Assembly: GCA_002730095.1 (NCBI GenBank) | Contig: PBZE01000050.1 | Span: 6,258 to 70,257, forward strand | DNA: 64,000 nt | DNA from: Methanobacteriota archaeon | GTDB taxonomy: Archaea; Thermoplasmatota; Poseidoniia; Poseidoniales; Thalassarchaeaceae | Direction: 5' to 3' | In this document: positions 18,619 through 28,507 of the stretch, in pieces | How the letters are laid out: each line of letters begins with the position of its first letter | Numbering within the stretch: position 1 is the stretch's first letter | The notes under the pieces: generated by a model | The model's database searches: none | The model's input: the letters and a program-made list of their open reading frames with translations, nothing else | Told to the model about the DNA's origin: nothing | Position numbers and translations under genes: made by a program

Positions 18619-19395
18619 TTAAGGCGCGCCCATTGATTCAATAGTCGCCATAAGCTGGTCTGTAAAATTACGATATAGGACCTTCATAATGGAGATCTTA
18701 CCATGCTCATCTAACTCTGTCAGACTCTCTATTTGCGCGCTTGAAAAATTTCCACCACTCACAGAACCAAGCCACTCGCCAAATGTAACAGGTTCGCCAA
18801 TATTGACCTCGACCCTTTTCCAAAAACGAATAAAATTTGCACCAGGGGGCATTACTTCTCTTGAGCCAATAATTGAAATTGGATAAACCGGGACGCTAGG
18901 GAAGCTAGCAGCGATCCTAGCAACTCCTGTTTTCCCACGTTGTAGGAAGGGTGGACTGGTATTCCTGGATCTAGTTCCTTCGGGGAAAATTCCTAGCGCA
19001 TATCCGCCATTCAGAACATCATGTGCTCTTGAGAGTGCATCTTTGGCACCTTCTGATCTGAGCGTTTCAATCATCCCGTTACTTTTCATTATGAATCTGT
19101 TAGGTTGCTTCTGGAAGTGTCCTTCCTTGGCAAGATAGAATACCTGTCTCCTAGCTGCAAGTATTTTGAAAATTGGGTCTAGGTTTGAGATATGATTGGA
19201 AGTAAGGATCATAGCCCCTTTCCTAGGAATCCTCTCAATTCCTGTATACTTGATATTGAATGTAAATCTAACAATGGGGCTGAGGTATCTCACTAGAAAC
19301 CTGTACATCAGTGGAACAGAGAACACTTCTCCCGTTCCACCAATATCGGATATTTTAGAAAACTCGTCAATATCTTTCAGACTAAGTTCTGACAC
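18619..19395 (-). CDS. plsC: 1-acyl-sn-glycerol-3-phosphate acyltransferase (PlsC/LPLAT family)
   Basis: NHISNLDP (HX4D), [18 protein letters not shown] motifs. Confidence 0.9.
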   Translation of the reverse strand: MSELSLKDIDEFSKISDIGGTGEVFSVPLMYRFLVRYLSPIVRFTFNIKYTGIERIPRKGAMILTSNHISNLDPIFKILAARRQVFYLAKEGHFQKQPNRFIMKSNGMIETLRSEGAKDALSRAHDVLNGGYALGIFPEGTRSRNTSPPFLQRGKTGVARIAASFPSVPVYPISIIGSREVMPPGANFIRFWKRVEVNIGEPVTFGEWLGSVSGGNFSSAQIESLTELDEHGKISIMKVLYRNFTDQLMATIESMGAP

Positions 19396-19475
19396 GAACC
19401 CCCGAAGACGAACCCTGTTTCACTGTTTGGTATTCTATGACAAGTATTCTAGACATTTGCCCCCTCCCATCATCC

Positions 19476-20573
19476 ATGCGGGCGCGTAAGATAGTCGGTT
19501 TTATCCTCGCATTATTGATGATGGTCCCATTTCTTGCTTCTCCGGTTGCCGGTGAATGGTCCGAAGACACGTGGCTAGAGAATATTATTGGCCCAGAGAG
19601 GCTAGAGAATGGGGATGAGTTTGGATGCCATGGTTATGAAGGGGCCTCTATCTCAGAAGATATTTGGATAATTGATGAGTGCAAAAAGTATCTGATGAAA
19701 GGTACGAATGCATCAAGATGGGGGGCGCCGCCAATTTCATTCGGGGTCCCCGGGCAGATTATCGATCAATATACGGCCTCTCAGTTGATTTCCTCAGGAT
19801 TTTTGATAGTGGGGGATTCATTGGAAGAAGCTCCAGAAGGATTGATCTTGGCTAAGAGGAATGGCGCTAGTCTGGAAAAGGGAGTTGCAGACAAATCCCT
19901 GATTGAGTCTGCCGATGAAGACTCTTTGACAAGCATATATTGGAGGGCCAGAATAGATGATCTAAGAGTAAGGGAAGACAAGGATTTCATGTCATGGTTA
20001 GAGGAACAGGACATTTGGTTTACAACATGGGGGGAGTGGAATATGCATCAAATTTCTTCCGAAAATACTTCAGTTACTACAGACGGATCTGAGTTGTATT
20101 CTGTCTCAGAGAGCAGTGATTTATGGCAAGTTCCAGGGACTTCGCTAATTCTTTTTGACTCTGAAATATCGGGGGTATTCAACTCTGGAGGTGAGCCTTT
20201 CCCTGTAATTTCCCCATATACAAAGAAGCTGGAGTCCGGTTGGAGAGAAGTAGAGGGAGGAATTCTGCTGACCCAATCCCCGGGAACTACCATTACAATC
20301 AAACTCAATGAGTATCCAGAATCAGTTTCAATACAACCAGTTACAACATTCAATGGCCTTCGTAACGCAGTGACAATAGTGGGGCATCATACAACTAATC
20401 TTTTCCATTGGTCATCCGACTTTCAGGAGTCCCCGTTGACATTCACATGGCTAATTGAGAGGCCATCAGAGGAAGAGATCGACTGGACTCTCCCAATAAT
20501 TGCAGTCGCTACATTAATTGCTGTTCCAGTAGCGGTAAAAAGGGCTATTGAATCAGATAGTAGCGATAATTAG
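19476..20573 (+). CDS. Secreted, C-terminally membrane-anchored hypothetical protein
   Basis: Signal peptide from ATG 19476 (MRARKIVG...), C-terminal TM helix. Confidence 0.75.
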   Translation: MRARKIVGFILALLMMVPFLASPVAGEWSEDTWLENIIGPERLENGDEFGCHGYEGASISEDIWIIDECKKYLMKGTNASRWGAPPISFGVPGQIIDQYTASQLISSGFLIVGDSLEEAPEGLILAKRNGASLEKGVADKSLIESADEDSLTSIYWRARIDDLRVREDKDFMSWLEEQDIWFTTWGEWNMHQISSENTSVTTDGSELYSVSESSDLWQVPGTSLILFDSEISGVFNSGGEPFPVISPYTKKLESGWREVEGGILLTQSPGTTITIKLNEYPESVSIQPVTTFNGLRNAVTIVGHHTTNLFHWSSDFQESPLTFTWLIERPSEEEIDWTLPIIAVATLIAVPVAVKRAIESDSSDN

Positions 20574-21623
20574 CTATGAAATATTAGGGCCATAGATTTC
20601 AACACCATTTTCTTTCATCATATCCAATATTGATTTTACTACTTCTGCAGGCAGACTCTCAGGTGGATGTACTCCCGGAGGCAACATTTCCGGATTTTCA
20701 AGCCACGAGATTATACATCCCAAAGTGACCAAACCAGTAGTTCTCGCCATCGAAGAGTCGCCTTCATTTCCATGATCAATAATCTCCCATCTCATAACCT
20801 CGTCATTGCTATCAAAGGCGATTACCTCCATCCAAGTGAACTCTGCTATCTTGGGGTCAAACCACCATTCATTCAACAGCTCATCGACATTCAAATTTCC
20901 ACTATCCCTTTCATCAATGAATTTCTGTATATGTCCGGGCCACCTGACTGTATACTCGGACATCTCTTCGGCCGGAATCGTCGTTAAAACAGATCGAAGC
21001 CCATCTGTAAGGAAAGCTTCCATACTTCCCTTGTCCTTCACCTGTAACAAATGTCTTTCCGATAGAGCTGGAACTGTGACGATACTTGAGCTCCTAACTA
21101 CTCTGGCTGGACGGGTGTACTCAGCAATCACATCTTTGGGAGAAAATGGCGCCATGTATTGCCACTCCCCCTCAGGATCAGTGGGGTTCCCCCCCACTCT
21201 AATCTCAGCCTTAGTGAGGCTGCCCATTATTCTGCAGGCTTCGGCTAGTAGCATATTGGAAAGTCCGGGAGCTATTCCAACGTCCCATAGGACACGGGCA
21301 CCCCGCTTCTCTATTTCATCGCGATAAAGATCGGGAGTGTGCTCACTAAAGCTTAGATCAACTATCGGCCACTTGGTGTCTAGAAGCTTCTTAGTAAGCT
21401 CATGACCTACTTCTCCAGGTAGCATATTGACAACTAAATCCACGCCATCATAGACAGATAAATCGGTCTCTAAAGCATTTCCTTGATGGATGATTAAGTT
21501 TTGGTGTTTTAGTGTCTGGCTTGGCTCCATATCATGCACGTGTACCATATGTCCTAGACTCGCCAATTTTCTTGCCACATATGAGCCGACTAGGCCCGCT
21601 CCAAAGCAATGTACACACTTCAC
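20574..21623 (-). CDS. Saccharopine dehydrogenase / lysine 6-dehydrogenase family oxidoreductase
   Basis: GAGLVG Rossmann motif, DVGIAPGLSN, EYTRPAR, EAFLTDGLRS, SMARTTG. Confidence 0.9.
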   Translation of the reverse strand: MKCVHCFGAGLVGSYVARKLASLGHMVHVHDMEPSQTLKHQNLIIHQGNALETDLSVYDGVDLVVNMLPGEVGHELTKKLLDTKWPIVDLSFSEHTPDLYRDEIEKRGARVLWDVGIAPGLSNMLLAEACRIMGSLTKAEIRVGGNPTDPEGEWQYMAPFSPKDVIAEYTRPARVVRSSSIVTVPALSERHLLQVKDKGSMEAFLTDGLRSVLTTIPAEEMSEYTVRWPGHIQKFIDERDSGNLNVDELLNEWWFDPKIAEFTWMEVIAFDSNDEVMRWEIIDHGNEGDSSMARTTGLVTLGCIISWLENPEMLPPGVHPPESLPAEVVKSILDMMKENGVEIYGPNIS

Positions 21624-21721
21624 GACCCATCGTCATCGACATCCTCTATTGCACCTTCGGTTCGTTATTTTGCGCCCAAATCCTGCGATGACTTGATTGA
21701 GTGGTCTATATTCCAAGGCTC

Positions 21722-23104
21722 ATGAACGGTGACGGTGCCATAGATCCTTGGTCTTCCGAAGGGGATACCGATTATTCTCGAATAGTCAGTAAATTCGGAC
21801 TCCAGAAGGTCGATATCTCACAACTTCCAAATCCGGGGATGCTCCATAGAAGGGGAATAGTATTTGCACACAGGGACATGGATGTTGCTGTACGATGTAT
21901 CAATGAGGGAACCCCTCTCGGAGTTCTTACCGGACTGATGCCCAGTGGAGGAATGCACTTAGGTCACAGCATGGTAATAGAGCAAGTTAAGTGGTTTCAG
22001 GAACAAGGCGCCGATGTAACTGTTGCTGTAGCGGATCTCGAGGCACTCGCTACAAGAGGCATTAGTCTATCCAAAGGGAGAAAGACTGCAATCGAAGAAT
22101 ATATTCTGAATTATGCTGCTTTAGGTCTAGACCCATCAAAATCAAGTGTATACTTCCAGAGTGCAAGGCCAGAGGTTCAGAGGTTGGGATTCAAATTAGG
22201 AAGAAGGACTAATCTTTCCGAGTTTGAGGCCATTTATGGTTTCACGGGAGAGACTAATTTAGCACATGTTCAAGCTCCAATGGTACAAGTTGGGGATATC
22301 GTTCATCCCCAATTAGAAGAGTTCGGCGGCCTCAGGCCGATCGTTGTTCCAGTGGGCATTGATCAAGATCCGCACCTCAGACTAACAAGGGATATTATTG
22401 GTAAGACGCATTGGTTCAATATCAATCCAAGAAAGTCAGGCGGACTCATAATATCACTCTCGATTCAGGATGATAACTCGAATATTTTTGGCGTAGGCAA
22501 AGGAGGGAAAATTAACAGGGATATTCGAGCAAATATTTTTGATAGGGTAACGAGAATAATTTCATTACTCGGATTTGCCGACTTGATATCTAACCCAAAA
22601 CACGGTACGTTGGAAATACCAGGTGCAACTAACTCGGATAAGTTCCCTATCAGGATCAGATTACTAGAATTGGAGAGGGAATTAGGAGGACTTGGATTGA
22701 TGGCCCCATGTTCCACATACCACAGATTCGCACCTGGGATGACTGGTGGCAAGATGTCGTCCTCCAAACCTGAAACGACTATCTTCATGAACGATACATT
22801 CGATTCCATGTCCAAGAAAGTCAAGAGGGCTGTTAGTGGTGGAAAATCTACCATTGAAGAGCATAGGAGGCTAGGTGGTGACTGCGGGAAGGATGTCCCT
22901 TTCCAGTACTTGGAATTCTTCTTCGAACAAAATGACTCGGCTATTATTGAAATAAAAAGAGAGTACGAAAGTGGGAGAATGCTTGCAGGTGATATGAAGC
23001 AACTCTGTATCGAAAAGGCGGCTGATTGGCTTTCAGAAATCTCTGAAAAAAGAGAAATTTGGCGAGATCGACTCGATGAATTTTTAGCGCCCGACTCTAA
23101 TTAG
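21722..23104 (+). CDS. trpS: Tryptophan--tRNA ligase (archaeal type, with internal insertion)
   Basis: TGLMPSGGMHLGH (HIGH), PVGIDQDPH, KMSSS. Start ATG 21722 is supported by a -29 box. Confidence 0.96.
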   Translation: MNGDGAIDPWSSEGDTDYSRIVSKFGLQKVDISQLPNPGMLHRRGIVFAHRDMDVAVRCINEGTPLGVLTGLMPSGGMHLGHSMVIEQVKWFQEQGADVTVAVADLEALATRGISLSKGRKTAIEEYILNYAALGLDPSKSSVYFQSARPEVQRLGFKLGRRTNLSEFEAIYGFTGETNLAHVQAPMVQVGDIVHPQLEEFGGLRPIVVPVGIDQDPHLRLTRDIIGKTHWFNINPRKSGGLIISLSIQDDNSNIFGVGKGGKINRDIRANIFDRVTRIISLLGFADLISNPKHGTLEIPGATNSDKFPIRIRLLELERELGGLGLMAPCSTYHRFAPGMTGGKMSSSKPETTIFMNDTFDSMSKKVKRAVSGGKSTIEEHRRLGGDCGKDVPFQYLEFFFEQNDSAIIEIKREYESGRMLAGDMKQLCIEKAADWLSEISEKREIWRDRLDEFLAPDSN

Positions 23105-23711
23105 TTTCTTCACTTCCTATGTCAAAGACTGGATATACTGGACCTGGGTCCAAAGCTTTAGCTACATCATCAGAAATCTTAGTCGAGACTGCATCTTCAT
23201 GCAGAATTTGACTGTGACCAACGGGATCGAGTAATTCCAATGTTACAACTTCCTGTGCACATTTCACTTGTTCAATCCTTTCCAAAAGCTCATCACACTT
23301 CAGTAACGTCTCATCATCACTATCCCTATCCGCTTGTCTCCTAATTGTGCCAATTGCGGCACAGAATCTTTCCAATACGCCCTCTACATTTGAAATATAC
23401 CCTGTCGAACTAGCCCCGGGCGAGACCTCTAGGCCCAATTCGGAAATTCTGACTGTACACGAAGACGACCTAACAACTCTGGCACTTACATGCTCACTAT
23501 TCTGAATTTTGAGACTCCATGAACCAGGTTTTTTTCCTTCTGCGGGTATGAAGTCAGTCACTCTCCATCCACAGCTAGAGCATGACATAGTGATCTGGGT
23601 ATGTTCGCCAAAATAGGGTATCTCAGATGTGTGTGCAAGCATCCTCAGAGCATCTTCTGCCCCACACACAGGGCATGACTGTTCAACTACACTTTCCATA
23701 TTGACCCTCAT
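23097..23711 (-). CDS. ZPR1-type zinc finger protein
   Basis: CPVC...IPYFGE...CSSCG, RVVRSS, GYISNVEGVL, DPVGHS. Confidence 0.92.
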   Translation of the reverse strand: MRVNMESVVEQSCPVCGAEDALRMLAHTSEIPYFGEHTQITMSCSSCGWRVTDFIPAEGKKPGSWSLKIQNSEHVSARVVRSSSCTVRISELGLEVSPGASSTGYISNVEGVLERFCAAIGTIRRQADRDSDDETLLKCDELLERIEQVKCAQEVVTLELLDPVGHSQILHEDAVSTKISDDVAKALDPGPVYPVFDIGSEETN

Positions 23712-24097
23712 TTTTCTGTCCGGCTAGTAAAATTGGGCGGCAATAGTAAAAGCCTCCTCTCTCCCAATCTCAGGACTTCCCCTGAGATGTCATCCTCTAC
23801 AAATCTTTGAATTTTGTTTACAGCGACATTTAATTCAAGATCATTTTTTATTATTTTGCCCATCTTTACGATAACTATGTCTCCGTCAGAAACCCAATCC
23901 ATCAATTCAGATATTCCAGTCAGATCTTCAAGATCAGCCCTACGGATAACTGTATCACCACTTATTCTTGGGACTGGAGCGTCCGGATATGAGGACCCCA
24001 GATCGTGATAATCCTGACCAGGGCCCAAACTTTCTCTTTGAGGGTCAGAATCACTCACTTCTATCCACTTTGGACCGTCTCGTTTACCCCTTGCCAC
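23708..24097 (-). CDS. sepF: Cell division protein SepF (archaeal)
   Basis: YHDL...IRRADL..., GDIVIV, ISGEVLRLG..RLLLLP. Adjacent to ZPR1. Start reassigned to GTG 24097. Confidence 0.8.
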   Translation of the reverse strand: MARGKRDGPKWIEVSDSDPQRESLGPGQDYHDLGSSYPDAPVPRISGDTVIRRADLEDLTGISELMDWVSDGDIVIVKMGKIIKNDLELNVAVNKIQRFVEDDISGEVLRLGERRLLLLPPNFTSRTEK

Positions 24098-24221
24098 GAT
24101 ACTGCTGTAGACATTTACTCCTTGATATATCCGGTTATTTGCTTGCTCACTTGTCTGTATGTTCATGAAAATATCAGGCCACAGTCCCGTCGGATTCATA
24201 AGGGGCTGACCTGAGAACGTA

Positions 24222-24875
24222 TTGCCGGGACTCACCGGCGGTGATATGATGGATTCTACTTTAGACGCAGTTAAGACAGGCACCAGTACCATTGGAATAA
24301 CCTTCGATGGGGGCGTAGTTGTCGGGGCAGACCACAGGGCTACAATGGGGCATTTCATTGCAAACAAAAGTGTGAAGAAGCTATTCGACATATCTGATTA
24401 TGTTGCTCTCACGACTGCAGGATTAGTCGGACATGCGCAATCACTTTCAAGAACGTTAGCCGCCGAATTAAAGCTCTATGAGTTAAAACAGGGCAAGCCA
24501 ATGACAGTCAAGGGCGCCGCTACTCTTACTGCCAACATCCTAGTTGGTAGGCCTCACTATGTGCAGCTGTTGATTGTAGGTGTAGACAGCTCAGGATCTA
24601 GCGTTTACAGCATAGACTCTGCTGGTGGCTCCATCCCTGACGTATACTGTGCCACTGGATCCGGCAGTCCCTACATGTATGGCGTTTTGGAGGACCAGTT
24701 CAAGCAGGATATGTCGGAGAAGGACGCTCTCAAGGTTGCCGCTAAGGCACTTCTAGCATCAGCTCAGAGGGATGCAGCTAGTGGAAACGGAATGGATCTA
24801 GCTGTCATCACTCCAGAAAGAGGCTATCGACAATTAACTGAGGATGAGGTATCAGCCCTTATCCAATCTCTATGA
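24222..24875 (+). CDS. psmB: Proteasome subunit beta
   Basis: Propeptide then KTG|TSTIG, ADHRAT, GSGS, RDAASG. Adjacent to aCPSF1. Confidence 0.96.
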   Translation: MPGLTGGDMMDSTLDAVKTGTSTIGITFDGGVVVGADHRATMGHFIANKSVKKLFDISDYVALTTAGLVGHAQSLSRTLAAELKLYELKQGKPMTVKGAATLTANILVGRPHYVQLLIVGVDSSGSSVYSIDSAGGSIPDVYCATGSGSPYMYGVLEDQFKQDMSEKDALKVAAKALLASAQRDAASGNGMDLAVITPERGYRQLTEDEVSALIQSL

Positions 24876-24936
24876 TACTCACCAAATGAATCTCCTGTTA
24901 ATCGCAGGAAGAATAGCGTGAGCTGGAAGTGATGAT

Positions 24937-26856
24937 TTGAGATTAACATTCTCTGAGATAAAGAACAAAATTTCGAAGATAGTCCCCGAAGGCTTGGACT
25001 ATGAAGTTGATTTAGAGGCTGGTTCCATATCCATCATCACGAAAGAACCATCTTCATTTGGGGGCGCTGGAGGGCAGAGCCTTACTGTGAAAATCGCTAA
25101 AGCGATAAGAAGAAGGGTAGTCATAAGGCCCCATCCAAGTATGCTTTCTACGGAAAAAGAGGTCAATGAAGCGGTTTCTAGAATAATGCCCGAAGAAGCA
25201 CAGATAAGAAGGATCTGGTTGGATCCTGCATTATCGGAAATCACCATTGAGGCCGACGATCCAAAATCTGCTGTTGGGCAGAAGGGCTCCAATATCCTGC
25301 AGTTGAGAAACGAAATCGGATGGCTAGTAAATATCGTGAGAGCTCCTGCCAGGGAAAGTAGGACTCAGACAGATATCAGACGTTTCAGAAAGGAGTTGGC
25401 AGATGAAAGAAAGACGCTTCTTAGGAAATTTGGAACTAGAATTTACAGGCCCCAGAGGCCCGGACCTTCTTGGGTCAGGGTAACTGCATTAGGGTCATAC
25501 AGGGAAGTTGGAAGGGCAATGCACCTTGTCACAACAAACGAGTCGAAGGTTCTAGTAGACTGCGGTGCCAAACCAACTTCCAATAGGAGTGAAGTACAAC
25601 CATTTTTCGCAGCTCCGGAGATGCTCCCACTGGATAACATTGATGCAGTCGTAATCACGCATGCCCACGTAGACCACATTGGCATGTTACCTGTTCTTTT
25701 CCGATATGGCTACAAGGGACCAGTATACTGCACTCAGCCAACAAGGGACCTAATGACGTTACTCCAGATGGATTACATCAAAGTAGCTCAAGCCGAAGGC
25801 AATGAAGCCCCATACTCCAAATCAGACATTCAAGAGTGCATAAAACACGTAGTTGACGTAAATTGGGGCGAGAAGACTGATATTGCCCCGGACATCAAGA
25901 TGACCATGGAAAATGCCGGTCACATTTTGGGTTCATCAAGTGTTTACATGCAAATAGGAGAAGGTAGGAATGAGCATAAGTTACTATTCTCTGGGGACAT
26001 AAAATATGAGAAATCTTGGCTTTTCGATGCAGCCACCGTTCGCTTCAACAAAGTTGACACCCTGGTGATTGAATCGACATATGGGGGTCCTCAGAGTATT
26101 CAGCCAACAAGGCAACAGGCGACACAAGACTTACAAGATCTAATTATCGATACTCTTTCCAGAAAGGGAAAAATATTCTGCCCAGTATTCGCCGTTGGAA
26201 GGTCACAGGAAGTAATGATGGCAATAGATGAGTTGTTCAAATCAGAAAAGGTAACGCCTGTTCCCGTTTGGCTAGATGGGATGATTTCCGAAGCAACCGC
26301 TATACACACCAGCCATCCTAATTATCTCAACAAGGACCTACGGGCAAAGATGCTAAGGGGAGGGGATGAAAATCCATTCAATTCTAAGTGGTTCAGGCAA
26401 GTCGAGTCTAGGGATCAGAGAGAATCGATTCTACTCGATCCATCTCCTTGCATAGTTCTGGCGACTAGTGGCATGATGACCGGAGGCCCAATTGTTGAGT
26501 ATTTCAAGTACTGGGCACCTGAGCCAGGAAACACCCTTTGCTTCGTCGGATACCAAGCCTCAGGGACTCTAGGTCGAAGGCTTCAGGATGGGCACTCTCA
26601 AGTTCCATTGGTGGATAAGGGACAGACTCTAATGGTCGATGTCAGGTGCAATATGGTAATCATCGATGGATTTAGTGGGCATTCTGATAGAAACCAGTTA
26701 ATGGACTATGTTAAGGCTCTGAACCCTACTCCTAGAAAAATTATCTGCCATCATGGCGATCCACAGACATGTAATGCATTCAGGAAGGGACTCAGGGAGA
26801 GATTCAAGGTTCAGACTTATGCTCCAGACAATTTAGAGACATTAAGGCTCCTTTGA
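24937..26856 (+). CDS. fttA: Beta-CASP ribonuclease aCPSF1 (transcription termination factor FttA)
   Basis: N-terminal KH domains, THAHVDH, AGHILGS, ESTYG, AVGRSQE, FSGHSD. Confidence 0.95.
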   Translation: MRLTFSEIKNKISKIVPEGLDYEVDLEAGSISIITKEPSSFGGAGGQSLTVKIAKAIRRRVVIRPHPSMLSTEKEVNEAVSRIMPEEAQIRRIWLDPALSEITIEADDPKSAVGQKGSNILQLRNEIGWLVNIVRAPARESRTQTDIRRFRKELADERKTLLRKFGTRIYRPQRPGPSWVRVTALGSYREVGRAMHLVTTNESKVLVDCGAKPTSNRSEVQPFFAAPEMLPLDNIDAVVITHAHVDHIGMLPVLFRYGYKGPVYCTQPTRDLMTLLQMDYIKVAQAEGNEAPYSKSDIQECIKHVVDVNWGEKTDIAPDIKMTMENAGHILGSSSVYMQIGEGRNEHKLLFSGDIKYEKSWLFDAATVRFNKVDTLVIESTYGGPQSIQPTRQQATQDLQDLIIDTLSRKGKIFCPVFAVGRSQEVMMAIDELFKSEKVTPVPVWLDGMISEATAIHTSHPNYLNKDLRAKMLRGGDENPFNSKWFRQVESRDQRESILLDPSPCIVLATSGMMTGGPIVEYFKYWAPEPGNTLCFVGYQASGTLGRRLQDGHSQVPLVDKGQTLMVDVRCNMVIIDGFSGHSDRNQLMDYVKALNPTPRKIICHHGDPQTCNAFRKGLRERFKVQTYAPDNLETLRLL

Positions 26857-26858
26857 CA

Positions 26859-27131
26859 CTATAAGATCGGAGTGTCATATCCGAAATCTCCCGCACTAAC
26901 TTCGCTCCCATCGGACAACTCTTCTTCATCATCTGGCCATTCGAACGTTTCTTCGATAGAAATGGAACGATTTTCGCTCTTTGATAATGCCAAAGCTACA
27001 GTGAATGGTATCAATAATAGGGCAATCCAAGAGTTTGATCCAACCTCTCCCGATGAAAAAATGCTAGATAACGAAATAAGTACCAGTAATGTTGTCAATA
27101 ACCACCCAACATTCCGCCTGACTGAATTCAT
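26859..27131 (-). CDS. Small membrane protein, hypothetical
   Basis: Two TM helices plus an acidic tail. Fills the intergenic space. Confidence 0.6.
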   Translation of the reverse strand: MNSVRRNVGWLLTTLLVLISLSSIFSSGEVGSNSWIALLLIPFTVALALSKSENRSISIEETFEWPDDEEELSDGSEVSAGDFGYDTPIL

Positions 27132-27194
27132 ACCACTCTGAGGGGGGGCCGACTAATCAGTCAAACTCTTGAACCTGCGATTCTACGTAGGTTC

Positions 27195-27629
27195 ATGGAA
27201 GGCCGTTGGGCTATGATCAAATGTGAGTGCGGAAGATATTTTGGATCCAGCTCAAAAAATGTCGGGGGCTGTCCTCGTTGTGGATCTGACAAAAATCTCA
27301 AAATCATGAAAAAATACTCATCTTCAAAATCCCTTAGAGATGATATTTCCAAAGCAAACACCCCTCCAGAAATAGAAAATGAAATCTCTGTGAGGTTTGA
27401 AAAATACGATAGTAAGATCCGAAAAAGAGACAACGTTAGTGCCGATATAATCCAAAAAATAATCAAAACATCCACTACTGATGAAAATATCATCACTATT
27501 GACTCAATTTCAAACTCCATTAGTAAGCTGGCGTTATCCAAAATCACCGCTGAGGACATTATTGAGATACTTGAAGCATCATCACTGGTGCTGAGAAACT
27601 CCAATGGGTCATGGACCGTTCTCCAGTAA
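27195..27629 (+). CDS. Zinc-ribbon hypothetical protein (possible C-terminal winged helix)
   Basis: CECG...CPRCG. TTGAAC box at -26. Confidence 0.7.
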   Translation: MEGRWAMIKCECGRYFGSSSKNVGGCPRCGSDKNLKIMKKYSSSKSLRDDISKANTPPEIENEISVRFEKYDSKIRKRDNVSADIIQKIIKTSTTDENIITIDSISNSISKLALSKITAEDIIEILEASSLVLRNSNGSWTVLQ

Positions 27630-27662
27630 CGTTCATTCAAGAGATGCCCTGCGGAGTCACAG

Positions 27663-27740
27663 GGGCCCGTGGGTTAGTCTGGTCTATGCTAGATGCTTTG
27701 GGAGCATTTGACCCTGGTTCAAATCCAGGCGGGCCCACCA
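27663..27740 (+). tRNA. tRNA-Pro (anticodon TGG), CCA encoded, no intron
   Basis: Acceptor GGGCCCG/CGGGCCC-A-CCA, anticodon arm GATGC-TTTGGGA-GCATT, T arm CCTGG-TTCAAAT-CCAGG. Confidence 0.96.
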
Positions 27741-28499
27741 TTATTCTACTCTACTAAGGGCCTCAATGTCAAATATTGATACCGCCTTTTCAATGGCATC
27801 AGGGATGCTGAACCATCGAGCCTCTTCAATCTCATCATCCTTCGGAACTATCTCAGACACATCGAAGTCACCTTTGCATTTGTATGTGAAAGAAATCCAG
27901 TTAATTCCATCTTCGTTAAAGATCTCCTCACGGATAAAGGCCCCATCTTGCTCGCCATGCGGCACCCCTGTCTCGCCCTTAGGATCATCTATGACGATGG
28001 AGACCCCCAGTTCTTCCATTGCCTCTCTAACTGCCGCCTCACGCGGATGCTCTCCATAATCAACGAATCCTCCAGGAAGTGTCCAACACCCCGTGAAAAA
28101 ACCTCTTGAAACCTTTGCCATGAGTACTTGGCCTATAGAATTCAGAATCAACACCTTGCTGACAACTCTATGAATGGTTCTGTAAACAGATTCTCTGGCA
28201 ACAGGGTCGACAGCGTTGTCACTGATTACTGAATCCTTCCATGCCCACTCGCCCGGCCAGTCAATCAAAGGCTTGCCATGTACAACAATGTGATCTTCTT
28301 GCCCCACTCTGAATTTGTTTGTTCTGATTTTCTCCCACTCTATCCCAAAATTGACCAGCTCTTCTTCTGTAGGGAGACGTATAAATTCTGAATTCGAATC
28401 AAACCCGACTCTGCCGGATCGAGGGATTGCAGGACCAGTTCCGTCACCGTAAACTAACAATAATTTTCCATCAGACTCTAGATAGATGTGTTTTCTCAT
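27741..28499 (-). CDS. NUDIX hydrolase
   Basis: Nudix box [24 protein letters not shown]. Confidence 0.9.
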   Translation of the reverse strand: MRKHIYLESDGKLLLVYGDGTGPAIPRSGRVGFDSNSEFIRLPTEEELVNFGIEWEKIRTNKFRVGQEDHIVVHGKPLIDWPGEWAWKDSVISDNAVDPVARESVYRTIHRVVSKVLILNSIGQVLMAKVSRGFFTGCWTLPGGFVDYGEHPREAAVREAMEELGVSIVIDDPKGETGVPHGEQDGAFIREEIFNEDGINWISFTYKCKGDFDVSEIVPKDDEIEEARWFSIPDAIEKAVSIFDIEALSRVE

Positions 28500-28507
28500 T
28501 CACACAC

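Noticed and set aside
23708..24391. 227-aa version of the SepF ORF, and other N-terminally over-extended ORFs (5586..6488, 13102..13599, 17784..18641, 50323..53478, 56810..57574)
   Set aside because: The extensions overlap neighbouring genes or promoters. Homology, and in most cases an upstream box, point to internal starts.
27195..27740. AT-rich gene next to tRNA-Pro as a possible integrated element
   Set aside because: No integrase, no duplicated tRNA 3' end (att site), and the flanks are housekeeping genes.
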